Assembly: GCF_001194135.2 (NCBI RefSeq)
Contig: NC_068983.1
Coordinates: 126,153,309-126,209,159 of the forward strand
Source of the DNA: Octopus bimaculoides
Taxonomy: Eukaryota
Reading direction: 5' to 3'
Length of the DNA stretch: 55,851 bases
Shown: piece by piece, positions 25,717-37,070 of the stretch
Layout of the letters: the number at the start of each line of letters is the position of its first letter
Position numbering within the stretch: position 1 is the stretch's first letter
Made by a program: the position numbers and the translations under genes
Notes under the pieces: generated by a model
Databases searched by the model: none
What the model was told of the DNA's origin: nothing
What the model saw: the letters and a program-made list of their open reading frames with translations, nothing else

Positions 25717-25971
25717 ATATATATTTATATATTAAAAAATAGGGTAAAAAATCATATATTAATTAATATCGATTAATTACCAGGAAGCTAGCACATTTAA
25801 AGGACCAAAGAGATTTAGAAACAGTATCTGCAATCTCAGGGGGTTAAAGTACATTTTTATATATAACGTCAGCACATTGAATGTCCACGTTAGTGGTCAA
25901 CGTTATATATAAAAATATATATTTATATATATATATATACACACACACAACCACACACACACACACATACA

Positions 25972-26021
<50 letters not shown>

Positions 26022-27156
26022 CATACATATGAGGCACATAACCTAGGAATTAAGACATTGCATTCACGATGGTTAGATCATAGTTCCGATTCTCTCTCTC
26101 TCTCGGGGGTTCGATTTTGGCTGTTAGTGCAATAAGGTATAATTCCTAGTAACTAATTAAAATGAAAATAAGTTAACCCATTTCAAGGGGAACATTTCCA
26201 GTAGTTTTGCGTGAAATTGCTACAAGCCTTGTGTGCCGAAACCGCAAGAAATAACAACCGATGAAAGGAAGAGACAATTAGGAGACGAACATAAAATCTA
26301 AACCAAGGAACGGGTACAGAATCAATGATGAATTAATAAATAAAAGCAAGCAATAGAATGTAGCAAATTATACATGTAATATTTAGAAACCTCTCCAGAA
26401 CTATCACTGTTATAGAGAGAAAATGATAACAACTAATTTTACTTGAAGAAAACTGGATTAAAAAAAAAGAAGAGCAAACAGTTACCTGAACAACGTTGTG
26501 AGAAACTAAAATCGCGATAACAAAAGCATGAGCTAAATAAAAAAATGTATGTTTATTTTGCACATTACCTCAGTGGATCTCAAACATTTACGTGTTACTG
26601 ATACAAAGACGAAATCATCTCGGATACAGGTAAACATTTACACTCCCCCATCTCCCGCATGGAATTTGAGAGCCATAAAATAAAACTCAGCTGGTGTGTT
26701 CAGAATGAGCTACCACAAAAAATTCGAAATGTCGTATATTATCGAAATGTGATAAGAAATGAGAATAGAGGTTTCAATCATCTACTGCAAATATTTTCCG
26801 GATATGAGCACTACGCCATTCTTTTGTGCGTCTAGTAGACATGACATGATTTTTACTACGGCAATTACGACATTTTGTGTTAACAATACAATTATTTCAC
26901 CCATATGAATGAATTTAATGTAAAAGTTCCGTATTCTACTTTTCTATGCTAAAGTTTAATTTTGTTGTGACAAGTTAGTTTCATGTTAATTTAGGTTTGG
27001 AAATGTCAACCATCCATTGCGATTTTCATTTTCTTTATGACAAAGGATAAGTACCCTATTAGCAATTTCGATCAAACGTTATAAATTAAATGCTTCTGGT
27101 TTCTATACATAACGTTAGCCAATTGTGTGCGTTTCATATTTATTCCTTGCTTAATG

Positions 27157-27490
27157 AAGCCAGTTCAATAGGAAGTGCACAACAAGGAATGCACTTCGTA
27201 ATACCGCGCATGAATTTGGCCACAAATTACTCCAGCCTTCTTTTCATCTCGGAAATATTTCATTTTCGTGTAAGGCTCTCCTATTCTTTGAGAATAAATA
27301 AAGCACAAGGACATACATTTAACAAAACTGGAATATATTTGCCACATCCTGTGTTCACCCATGGGCAATTATATGTGGCATTTTCTAGAGCCAGGAAATT
27401 ATTTGATATTACAGTAAGAGTAGTTGAAAGCAACTGACAAGGCAAACAAAAACGTAAATCACTTACAAAACCATTCTGTGTAAGAAAATT
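27157..27490 (+). mobile_element. Helitron helicase C-terminal fragment (motifs V-VI)
   Basis: IPRMNL..FRVRLSYSLRINKAQGHTFNKTGIYLPHPVFTHGQLYVAFSRAR. Confidence 0.92.
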
Positions 27491-27641
27491 TCGAGTGAGT
27501 AAATCTAGAATTTTATTAATCGCTTCTAATACGTACGTCATTCATATTATACCCAGTTCATACAATTTGTAAAGTATCATCTGAGAATACATACAGTGCC
27601 TATTTCATATACATTTAAACTAGTTCACGTTTTGCATTTCT

Positions 27642-27857
27642 TTTTTTCTACTCAAGGTACAAGGCCCGACATTTTGGGGAGGAGGCCAATCGATTACACT
27701 GACTCCAGTACGCAACTGAAAATTAATTTATTGAATCCTAAAGGATGAAAGCCAAATTCGACCTCAGCGGAATTTGAACTCAGAACATAAAGACAGGCGA
27801 AATACGGCTCAGCATTTCGCCAGGCGCGCTAATGTTTCTGCCAGCTCGCCGCCTTTT
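27642..27857 (-). mobile_element. Full-length tRNA-derived SINE with 13-bp target-site duplication
   Basis: Minus strand begins AAGGCGGCGAGCTGGCAGAAAC (A-box-like), has GAGTTCAAATTCC (B box) and ends in an A-rich tail. GTTTTGCATTTCT flanks both sides (27629-27641, 27858-27870). Confidence 0.9.
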
Positions 27858-28868
27858 GTTTTGCATTTCTGTTTATATACATATGTCACATGCATTTGGT
27901 GCAGTGCCTTTTGTAATGTAAGATGTTTGCATCTAATTCAGTGAATAAGCTCATGCTTTTCCGTATGCACATATCATAATCATACGAAATATTGGTTATA
28001 TTTATTTATTTACTTTATAAATATGCAATAAAGATTGTAAACCATAAACAGTTATTCAATATATGTGAATAAATGTTATATTTGTATCGTTGTAATTCAT
28101 TTTCTGTTCCCTTAAACTCTAAAGCACATCATATCTGCCATTCGTATTAAATAAGCTGTACCTTCGAAATTCATTTAATTATATCTAAAAGCACAGACTT
28201 TATTAAAAGTCAGGATATCAAAAGTACTTTTTGAAACTCCTTGCTCGAGTCTAATATACGAACATAAGGTTTTCAAATCTGTAGCCTTAAATCATGGAAT
28301 TTTCACGAGACCTGCTAGTATTTATTTCTTCTGTTGTGGACAACGCGTTAGATCGATCAATTTACACAAGTTACGTCACTGTTGAGTATTACTTAGCGTA
28401 TATTTATAACGCTGTCCTTAGATTACTTGTATGCTTTCATAGAAGCGTGGTCTTTCAAGTTTATTGAAGGACGACTGGATTTTAACTTCGTTGCCGTTTT
28501 GTCGCCTTGCAGATTACATTTGCTCCTATGACTAGTTATTTGTGTATGTTTATGTAACATTTTAGAATATAATTCCGTTTTAATTTAGAACAAAATATTT
28601 CTTTTGTGTCTCAACAGAAATCTTTCATAAACCACATTAATTTTCAATATAATTTCATTAACAGTTTCATGACTTTTTCCCCTTCGGGTTTTTCCCTATA
28701 TTTAACGGTCATTCTAACAACTCTTTTGTTTGTCTTAATAACGGTCATTTACATAGTAATTTCCCTTTNNNNNNNNNNNNNNNNNNNNNNNNNNNNNNNN
28801 NNNNNNNNNNNNNNNNNNNNNNNNNNNNNNNNNNNNNNNNNNNNNNNNNNNNNNNNNNNNNNNNNNNN

Positions 28869-28892
28869 TTTCGAGCCTACGCTCTTCCACAG
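28869..28892 (-). ncRNA. Partial hammerhead ribozyme motif (core + stem II) with a non-canonical CUGUGGA box
   Basis: CTGTGGA-A-GAGC-GTAG-GCTC-GAAA; the remainder falls in the N gap. Confidence 0.55.
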
Positions 28893-30005
28893 AAAGGAAC
28901 ACTGAAAGAAACAAGGAGTGAAAATAAAGAATGTGTAGTGGCTAACGATCTATCATTGCGAATGCCGGACAGAAGGGACACAAAAGAGATCTAGGAAGAA
29001 GGGGAGATAATAAAGTAGTGGTGATCCGAAAACGATGGTGCGCGTGGGTGTGTGTATAAGAGAGTATGTATGTGCGTGTGATAGAGGGCTGGTGACCTTG
29101 ACGTGTGAAGATGTGGACTGGTAAGTGGTCAGTGGGAGTGTGTGCGTTGTGGTGTGATGTGATGTGTTGTGTGGTATGTTGGTGTATGGTGTAGTCGTGT
29201 GTGGTGTAGTGTGATGGTGTTGGAAGGTGGGGAGGTGAAAGTGGGAAAAGTATGTGTGCGGTGTGAGTTAATCTGAGGATTGCGGTAGGGTGGGGTATGT
29301 GGGTAGGCAGAGGTTGAGGTAGAGGTGTGGTAAGTGGGAGGGGTGTAAAGGATAGGGTAGGGTGATATGGGAAGGATAGGTAAGGTGGGGTTGGAATGTG
29401 TGGGTGTGAGGTTACGAAGGATGGGTGAGGATGAAGGGGGGTTAAGGAGAAGGTGGTTATGAGTGAAAAGAAGAGAGGAGAGTAGCAGTTAAGAAACGTA
29501 GTCGGAGAAGAGTTGGAGCAAGAGAGAAGAGCTGGGAAGAAGTATGTGTGAGAAGAAGAGAGGCGAGGGGAGGGGTTAGATGAAGAAGGGAGGAGAGTTG
29601 AGCCAATGTGGTGCAAAGGAGTGAAGAGAGAATATTATTCCCTTTTTACAGCGCAAACGTGTGTCCGGATGGCCCCAGTTCAAGGACAATACGAACACGG
29701 ACAGGTGTTGCAAAGTGTGATCAGTAGAGCGTAAATGGCGCGAATCCGGGGTGTCATTGCCGAATCGGATGCCTCGGAGGTGTTCCGACAACCGGTCAGC
29801 AAAAGCGGCGTCCCATTTGCCCGATGTATAGAGAAGGGCAGAGAGAGCAAGAGATGCAGTATATGACATTGGTAGAAGTACAGGTGAAGGAGTTGGTGAT
29901 GTGATTGAGTCGATGATGGTTGCCGGTGAGGACGGTGGTGTTGGAGCGGTAAGGGCAAGTGCAGCTGCGTAGGCGGGAGCAGGGAACGAGCCGGGTTGGT
30001 ACCCA
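28869..30005 (-). mobile_element. Penelope-like element 3' part: GIY-YIG endonuclease (~30005-29570), low-complexity pyrimidine-rich 3' region, hammerhead-like motif at the gap edge
   Basis: Joined frames read SFTCTSTNVIYCISCSLCP.LYIGQMGRRF / ADRLSEHLRGI..RHLRSTDHT..IIFSLHSFAPHWLN. Confidence 0.88.
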
Positions 30006-31711
30006 TAATCTAAGAGGGATATGGTTTTCTCAGTTTCTTTGATTTCCCGTTAGTACTTTATTGGTAATGGATTTAACTTATTTATTTTCCGTAGACATCT
30101 TTCGAAATCATATTGTAGTCAAACCGTTAGATGTAAATCATGTAATTTTATTCATTTTTTTTTCGCGTCGATTTGCATTTCCTTAGATTTATATCCTATT
30201 TGTTGTGTACTTAAAAAGGTATATTTGTAACTATCTTGTTTCAAAATGAATCCTAATGGGTAGCACTTGAAAAAGATATCATATGGACGATGGGAGAAGA
30301 CTTATTGCTGTTCTTCAATTGTAAGCTTATCCCGCAATCCAGTTTAATAACCTCATATGACAATTAACTCTTTTTAGTAAAGTTAGAACTGTTGCTAGTA
30401 TACGGGATCATTAATATAATGGGAATAAGTTAATCATAAAATGTCAATGTCTATGAATTATATTATGAGCATTGCCACCTTTTATCTGTATATTGACAGA
30501 AAGGGGTAGGATAATAAATGAGAAAGTCTAGCATTTTCAATTAGTGAGTCGAGTGTTATGGCAGTTTTTGGCCATTTGGCTTGTTTTATCAATGAACTTC
30601 AGATGATCGACATTCTTCTATCTCATTCTTCTCGACAATAAATTTGTCTCAGGTAGATATTATTATTACTAACATTATTAATAATATTGCTAACAATATT
30701 TGCAAAAAAGAATCACAAGTGGATGTAAGCATGGCAAAAGTAAGCTCTTTGATTCCAAGTGCTTCTATAAGTATCAAACTTCTTTAAGGAATGACTATTG
30801 TGATATCACATATAAGTTGTTCATATTTTCCTAGCTTCTTCAAAATATACATAATTTTTTTCTCGAGGCTGTTTTACTAACTTTCAAGGATATCAATCTT
30901 CTTATGGTACTTTTAGTCAATAATATTTAATAACTTACCGACTAAGATATATACATATATGTATATATGTTTGTGAGTATGGGGATAAACTTTCATGTGA
31001 CGTTACGTGTGTGTTTGTGCATATACATATATATATACTGGCATATTCTGATATATAATCAGCTGCAGATGAATACGCAGTTTTATCTATTTATAGTCTC
31101 CGCCACACAACTGTTCAAATTTTATGATGTGCTAAATATATACATAGGCACAAACAGCTTTGCCACCATATTTGAAAAGAAATAAGTCTTGTTAATTTTC
31201 TGTTTTGTTAGGGCTGTCGATATCTTCCGAGTCTTTCGTTTATAAATAAGTGCTAGGTATTCATGACTTGCTTTGAGAAAGAAAACCTACATTGTTTAAT
31301 ATCTATTAGTTGATTAGCGAACAAGTTCTTTTGATAGGTTTGCTTTGTTTTCATCAAGAAAATAGCGAAAGACATTTGTTAATTATTATAGAGCTATTTT
31401 GCATTTAGGAAATAAATTTATATGAATTCTCCCAATGCATAAACAATTTACAAGTACAACGTCGCTATGTTTCCAAGGAATTAGTTTTCATTGTTGCTTC
31501 AAAACATTGCAAGTATGTCTGATAATGTTTCTTGAACACCGATAGCGAAATATTTCTAAGAAAAATTGTTTCGACGTTTCAATACAACAACGTCAGCTAT
31601 AAAATGTTTCAATTGTTAATTTAGTACGTTAAATAGTTTCCCTAGTTCAATAGTTTCATTGTATACCACTCATATATAGCTATGATGTCCCATTGGATGC
31701 TTATTTATTTG

Positions 31712-31853
<142 letters not shown>

Positions 31854-32396
31854 AATTAACAAAATGAGATAAAAATCCAAAGCTGTGAAAGATTTCAGTA
31901 CATTTATAAAGAGGTCTTACAGCAGTTTCCTGGATATTTTATATATCCCATCATCGGAGACGGTGCGAGAAAATTGTTAAGCAATAGTTATTCTAGAGAA
32001 CATATGAAACAGAGAGTGAAGTGGAGGAATGAAAACACAGGTGAGATATGCAGGGATATTGTATCTGCAGTTTCATTATTTAAGCAGAATGGGATACATA
32101 TAAGTTTACTGTGCCTTGTGTGTAAGTTCCAATAGTATTTAAAATTGGTCATTCCAAGTATAGAGTTACTACACGGTGTTATTGGATCGAGTGTTTATTT
32201 TGAAGTGACTTAAAAGTTGAGAATGTGCTTGTAAGGTCAAATCAAAAACAGGAAAAGAGGAAAAAAAGAGAGAAAAAAAGAAAAGCGGGGAGAGAAATAA
32301 TAAAGATACGAAGAGAGGGAGAGTGTACTGGCTAGTGGTCAGTCAGGATAAATTGATAGAAGGAAAGGAGAGGTGAGGGTGAGATAGAGAGAGAGA

Positions 32397-32453
<57 letters not shown>

Positions 32454-33259
32454 TGAGAGAAATATATGACCGTGTAAAGATATGAGAGGGTAAGAGTAAA
32501 GGAGTGTGAGGAAAGTAGTAATAGAACCTAAGTGAAGGGCGGGATGAAGAATTTGGGAATATATGTTAAGTTGCTTAGAGGACACGTCAGTGCTTAGTAG
32601 TAGAGAATATATATGTGAAAATGCATACACAAGCATATATAAAACCCTGCTAATATAATATATCTACACCTAGAAACGCATATATTAACATGTACCCTCT
32701 TGTTTCCCTATAAATAATGCATACATTACACGTGCAACACGCGTAAACACGCGTATACACGCATACAAATACATAGGCGTGTATATACATACATACATAC
32801 GTATATATATATATATATATATATATNNNNNNNNNNNNNNNNNNNNNNNNNNNNNNNNNNNNNNNNNNNNNNNNNNNNNNNNNNNNNNNNNNNNNNNNNN
32901 NNNNNNNNNNNNNNNNNNNNNNNNNNNNNNNNNNNNNNNNNNNNNNNNNNNNNNNNNNNNNNNNNNNNNNNNNNNNNNNNNNNNNNNNNNNNNNNNNNNN
33001 NNNNNNNNNNNNNNNNNNNNNNNNNNNNNNNNNNNNNNNNNNNNNNNNNNNNNNNNNNNNNNNNNNNNNNNNNNNNNNNNNNNNNNNNNNNNNNNNNNNN
33101 NNNNNNNNNNNNNNNNNNNNNNNNNNNNNNNNNNNNNNNNNNNNNNNNNNNNNNNNNNNNNNNNNNNNNNNNNNNNNNNNNNNNNNNNNNNNNNNNNNNN
33201 NNNNNNNNNNNNNNNNNNNNNNNNNNNNNNNNNNNNNNNNNNNNNNNNNNNNNNNNNNN

Positions 33260-33305
<46 letters not shown>

Positions 33306-33324
33306 GTGTGTGTATACATACATA

Positions 33325-33705
33325 TATGGAAGTCCAAGGCACCCTCTTCGTCTTTCTATGCATCGAGCAATCCTCGTCGTTTACTGACGTCATCTTAACT
33401 TTTAATCTTCATTTAATCTTCGTTGGGATAGACAGGTCCCTGATTCACCATCGGCTACTCTCGCCTGGTTAAGCCAGCCTGTCGAAACCGCTTCCCGGGG
33501 GGTATGAAAGCTGCCACATGCTAACAGCTAAATGGAGCGACAGGTGAGGGCAGGCTGTTGGTGGGAGCGGGGCAATGATGGACGATCTATTCTCGGAAGG
33601 GTACGACAAACGCCACATCAGAGATCGTACCCTTCCCAGCACTCTGCAAATGCTCATATTTGTGGGTGAAGAAGCAGCAGCAGCGTTGGTAAGGTTGACC
33701 TAGTG
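33325..33705 (-). mobile_element. Possible 5'UTR/ORF start of an APE-type (RTE-like) LINE
   Basis: GC-rich structured segment ending in ..HRKTKRVPWT, reminiscent of the K-rich stretch before the APE 'TWNV' motif; truncated at a (TG)n tract. Confidence 0.3.
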
Positions 33706-33714
33706 CTAAAAAAT

Positions 33715-33862
33715 ATCCTCCTCCTCCTCCTCCTCCTCCTCATAATCAACATCACCACCACCGCCACGAAGACCACCACCACCGCCGCCGCCGCCGTCGT
33801 TGTCGTCGTCGTCGTCCTCATCATCATCATCATCAACTTCATCATCATCATCGTCATCGTCG

Positions 33863-33913
<51 letters not shown>

Positions 33914-33930
33914 ACCACAACAACAACAAT
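33715..33930. repeat. Compound (CCT)n(CCA/CCG)n(CGT)n(CAT)n(CAA)n trinucleotide tract
   Basis: Direct inspection. Confidence 0.95.
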
Positions 33931-34281
33931 ATCAAACACCCCCAACAACCATATACGAGGTATGAGGCGAGAAATTGCATTGTAAATAATGATTCTGCGA
34001 TAATTCTGTGTGTTTGTGTTTTAGGTATACACATCTATAATTTCAGTATTGTTCGGAAATATTTTCACTATTCTTTTTACTTATGCATACATACACGCAT
34101 GCATGTATACACACACACACACATATATATACACCCACATACACATACACACACTTTCACATACATAACACATGACTCCTCATTCGCATAATCATCGAAC
34201 ATGGAACTTAACTATAGTCTGTCCAAGCACTTACTCAGCATTACCTGACGCCATTGGGTCTTGTTGACGCCATTACCTCTC

Positions 34282-34372
<91 letters not shown>

Positions 34373-34529
34373 GGGGTAAGTAAGAAGAAAAATAAGCAAA
34401 AATGCACATTTGAAATCAGAAAAAGTAAAGGCTTTTTATGAAAAATAACCATAAATATATAAAATTGGATGAACTGAGGTAGGAATAAAAGTAATAAAAG
34501 TCATTATTTTGAATTGTTAAAGAAATCCA

Positions 34530-34568
34530 AAAGCATACCGGTTTCGTAATGTTAGTAATCATTGCTTT
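34530..34568 (-). ncRNA. Degenerate minimal type I hammerhead ribozyme (CUG of the core missing)
   Basis: AAAGCA-[CTG absent]ATGA-ttactaacattac-GAAAC-CG-GTA-TGCTTT: perfect 6-bp stem I, palindromic ACCGGT stem III, GUA triplet; ~250 bp 3' of the PLE ORF. Confidence 0.5.
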
Positions 34569-36200
34569 AAATGCACACCGAATACTGAACGGTATCACGT
34601 CTACTAGTCCCTGAGTAAAAAAGGTTATGTGTAATGGAGGTAAGTATATCTGGATGTGGTGCAATTAAGGTAGATCTACATCTGTAATGTGAATGGTGTA
34701 TCGGATTTATGGGGGTTAGTGGTATTAAATGAAAGGCTAGTCGTGTCCTGTATTATGTTATGTGTTCATATTTAGTTGTGGAAGATATATATTGATGGAA
34801 GCTGCCTCTTCATTCATTGTTTGTTGTATTGAGGTGTTCTGTGAACATTGATAGAAGGGAAAACTAGGAAATTAGGATTCCTCGCTATGTGTCCACTGAC
34901 CTGCATCTGTCTGTACTGTGAGTGGCGGATTTGTTCCTTTTCGAGAGTGGTTCTTCCACGGAGTGATATTCCTGTTTGGCCAATATAATTATTACCACAC
35001 CCTAAGCATCTAATGGCATAGATTAGATTTTCCGAAGCACAGGTGAAATTTGATTTAATCTTAAATATTTCACCTTGTTTAAAGTGAAACTCTGAACCCT
35101 CCAAAAGGTGGGGGCAATTACCACAGTTAGGTCGACCACATTTTTTAACTTTTGGTTCTGTTGTTAGTGGATATAGTCTTGCGCTGGTTAATATTTTTTT
35201 CAATGATTGAGGTTGCAGTTTACTTTTGATAATTTTGTGCGAGCCTAAAATTTTGTTCATTGTTTTATCTCTTGTGAGGATGGGTAGATTTTGGATGATA
35301 ATGTTAAAGGCTTCGTTGTTTCTAGAGTTATGTGTGGAGATGTATGGGAGTATATTAAGTCTTGGTTCGTATTTCGGTTGACTTCCCTTAATGTTCGTAT
35401 GTCTATTTCCTTAGCTCGTTTAATTCCTTCATTTATTAACGTTATTGGGTAATGTCTTTTGATTAGCATTGATCTGAGTTCAAAGAGTAATCGTTCACGA
35501 GTATAGGTGTCCGAAACTATGGTACAGATTCTTTTCGCTAGATTATAAGGTATATTAATGTTTATGTGTTTGGGGTGGCAGGAGTTGAATAATAGGTATT
35601 GTTTAGAATCTGTGGGTTTATAGAAGATGTCTGTTTCGATGTGGTTATTGACTATTTTAATTAGGATGTTAAGAAAAGGGAGTTCTTTACTGCTGTCTTC
35701 CATGGTGAATTGTATCTTGCTAGTAATATTGTTAAGCATTAGTTTGAAATCGAGGAGTTTGTCCATGCTATCTTTCCAAAATATAAAGCAATCGTCCAGA
35801 TATCTCTTCCAGTTCTCCTTTAAATAGCAATGAAAAGAGGTGCTATATTTTTGTAGTGGTGATTGATATATTTTAAGCTCTAGGTAACCCATTACAAGGT
35901 TCGCAATCACTGGAGCAGCTTGGGTTCCCATTGCATTTTTGTCCATAGTAAATTGTATCGAACATGAAATAGTTGTTCAGTAGGACGAATTTGAGTGCTG
36001 CGATTATGAATCTGTGGTTGATGCGCTCTGGTATCACTTGTGGGTATTCTTCTAGCCAGAAGGTGATTGCTTCTATACCATAATCGTGTGGGGTATTGGT
36101 GTACAAATTCAGCACATCGAATGATACTATCAGGGTTCCTTCATTCATTTTCTCCGGGTGGTGCTTAAGCATGTCTAAGTCATCCCTGATGAAGATTTTC
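34530..36200 (-). mobile_element. Penelope-like element: RT + GIY-YIG endonuclease in three frameshifted pieces, with downstream pLTR remnant
   Basis: SFDVLNLYTN, AMGTQAAPVIANLVM, WKRYLDDCF, IFYKPTDSKQYL..SCHP, CGRPNCGNC, FTCASENLIYAIRCLGCGNNYIGQTG. Confidence 0.95.
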
Positions 36201-36884
36201 ACATAATTTAGAAATGCTAATCTTGGAATAATCGTAAGATTTTCTCTGTGTTGTTGAGATACTGCATATCATTCGGAAAATATTTTCATAAACATATTTC
36301 GTACAAATTAATTTCTATGATATTTTGTCCTATTACAGTTTTAACTTGTTGTATATGTTATTATATTGCATTGAACCATGTCAATCTAATCATTAAGGAT
36401 GGCAATTAATAGATGAGGAATAAAAACATATTATCAAAGTCATAAGTAACGACATAATTTAGAGGTAGGAAAAAAAAACACATCTAAAGATTCGGTCCAC
36501 AAGCTTAAGAATGTCTACATAAACTGGCATAACTTAAGTATAAATATTGATTATCTAAAAATGTAATGCCTACTTATAGAAGAACATTTTCATATTTTGA
36601 TTCTATGAATGAGAAGAAAATAAGCAGAGATTTCAAAGTATGAGTATCAACAAAACCAGTTTGAAGACCAATCGAAAAATCAAGAGACCCACAAACTTAT
36701 AATAAGAACAAAATGTTGTATTCGTTTCTGTATATAACATTCTCGTAATATATCTTATTAAAAATAATATTCAACACACACACACACACACACACACACA
36801 CANNNNNNNNNNNNNNNNNNNNNNNNNNNNNNNNNNNNNNNNNNNNNNNNNNNNNNNNNNNNNNNNNNNNNNNNNNNNNNNNNN

Positions 36885-36915
<31 letters not shown>

Positions 36916-36929
36916 TACAATTAGCGTCT

Positions 36930-37070
36930 TTAAGTTTCCTTCTACCAAATCCACTAACAACGCTTTGGTCGGCCTGAAACTAGTAGGAACAGCGGTCTAA
37001 TCCGCCATTCGGTGGGTCTGAACCCAAATCGTGTTGTTGGGGGTGGGTTTCTTACTACACTTCTAGCTGT
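36930..37070 (-). mobile_element. Degenerate SINE (second cephalopod-type family)
   Basis: TCTACCAAATCCACT.ACAA.GCTTTGGTCGGCC..GTGGG.CTGAACCC (reverse B-box-like)..CTTACTACAC. Confidence 0.6.

Noticed and set aside
26571-26678. Possible hAT-like MITE (CAGTGGATCTCAAAC ... TTTGAGAGCCA)
   Set aside because: Only ~10/15 TIR match and no TSD.
33654-34191. Homopolymeric ORFs (poly-I/M/D/S/HT/YI) here and throughout
   Set aside because: Translations of di- and trinucleotide microsatellites.
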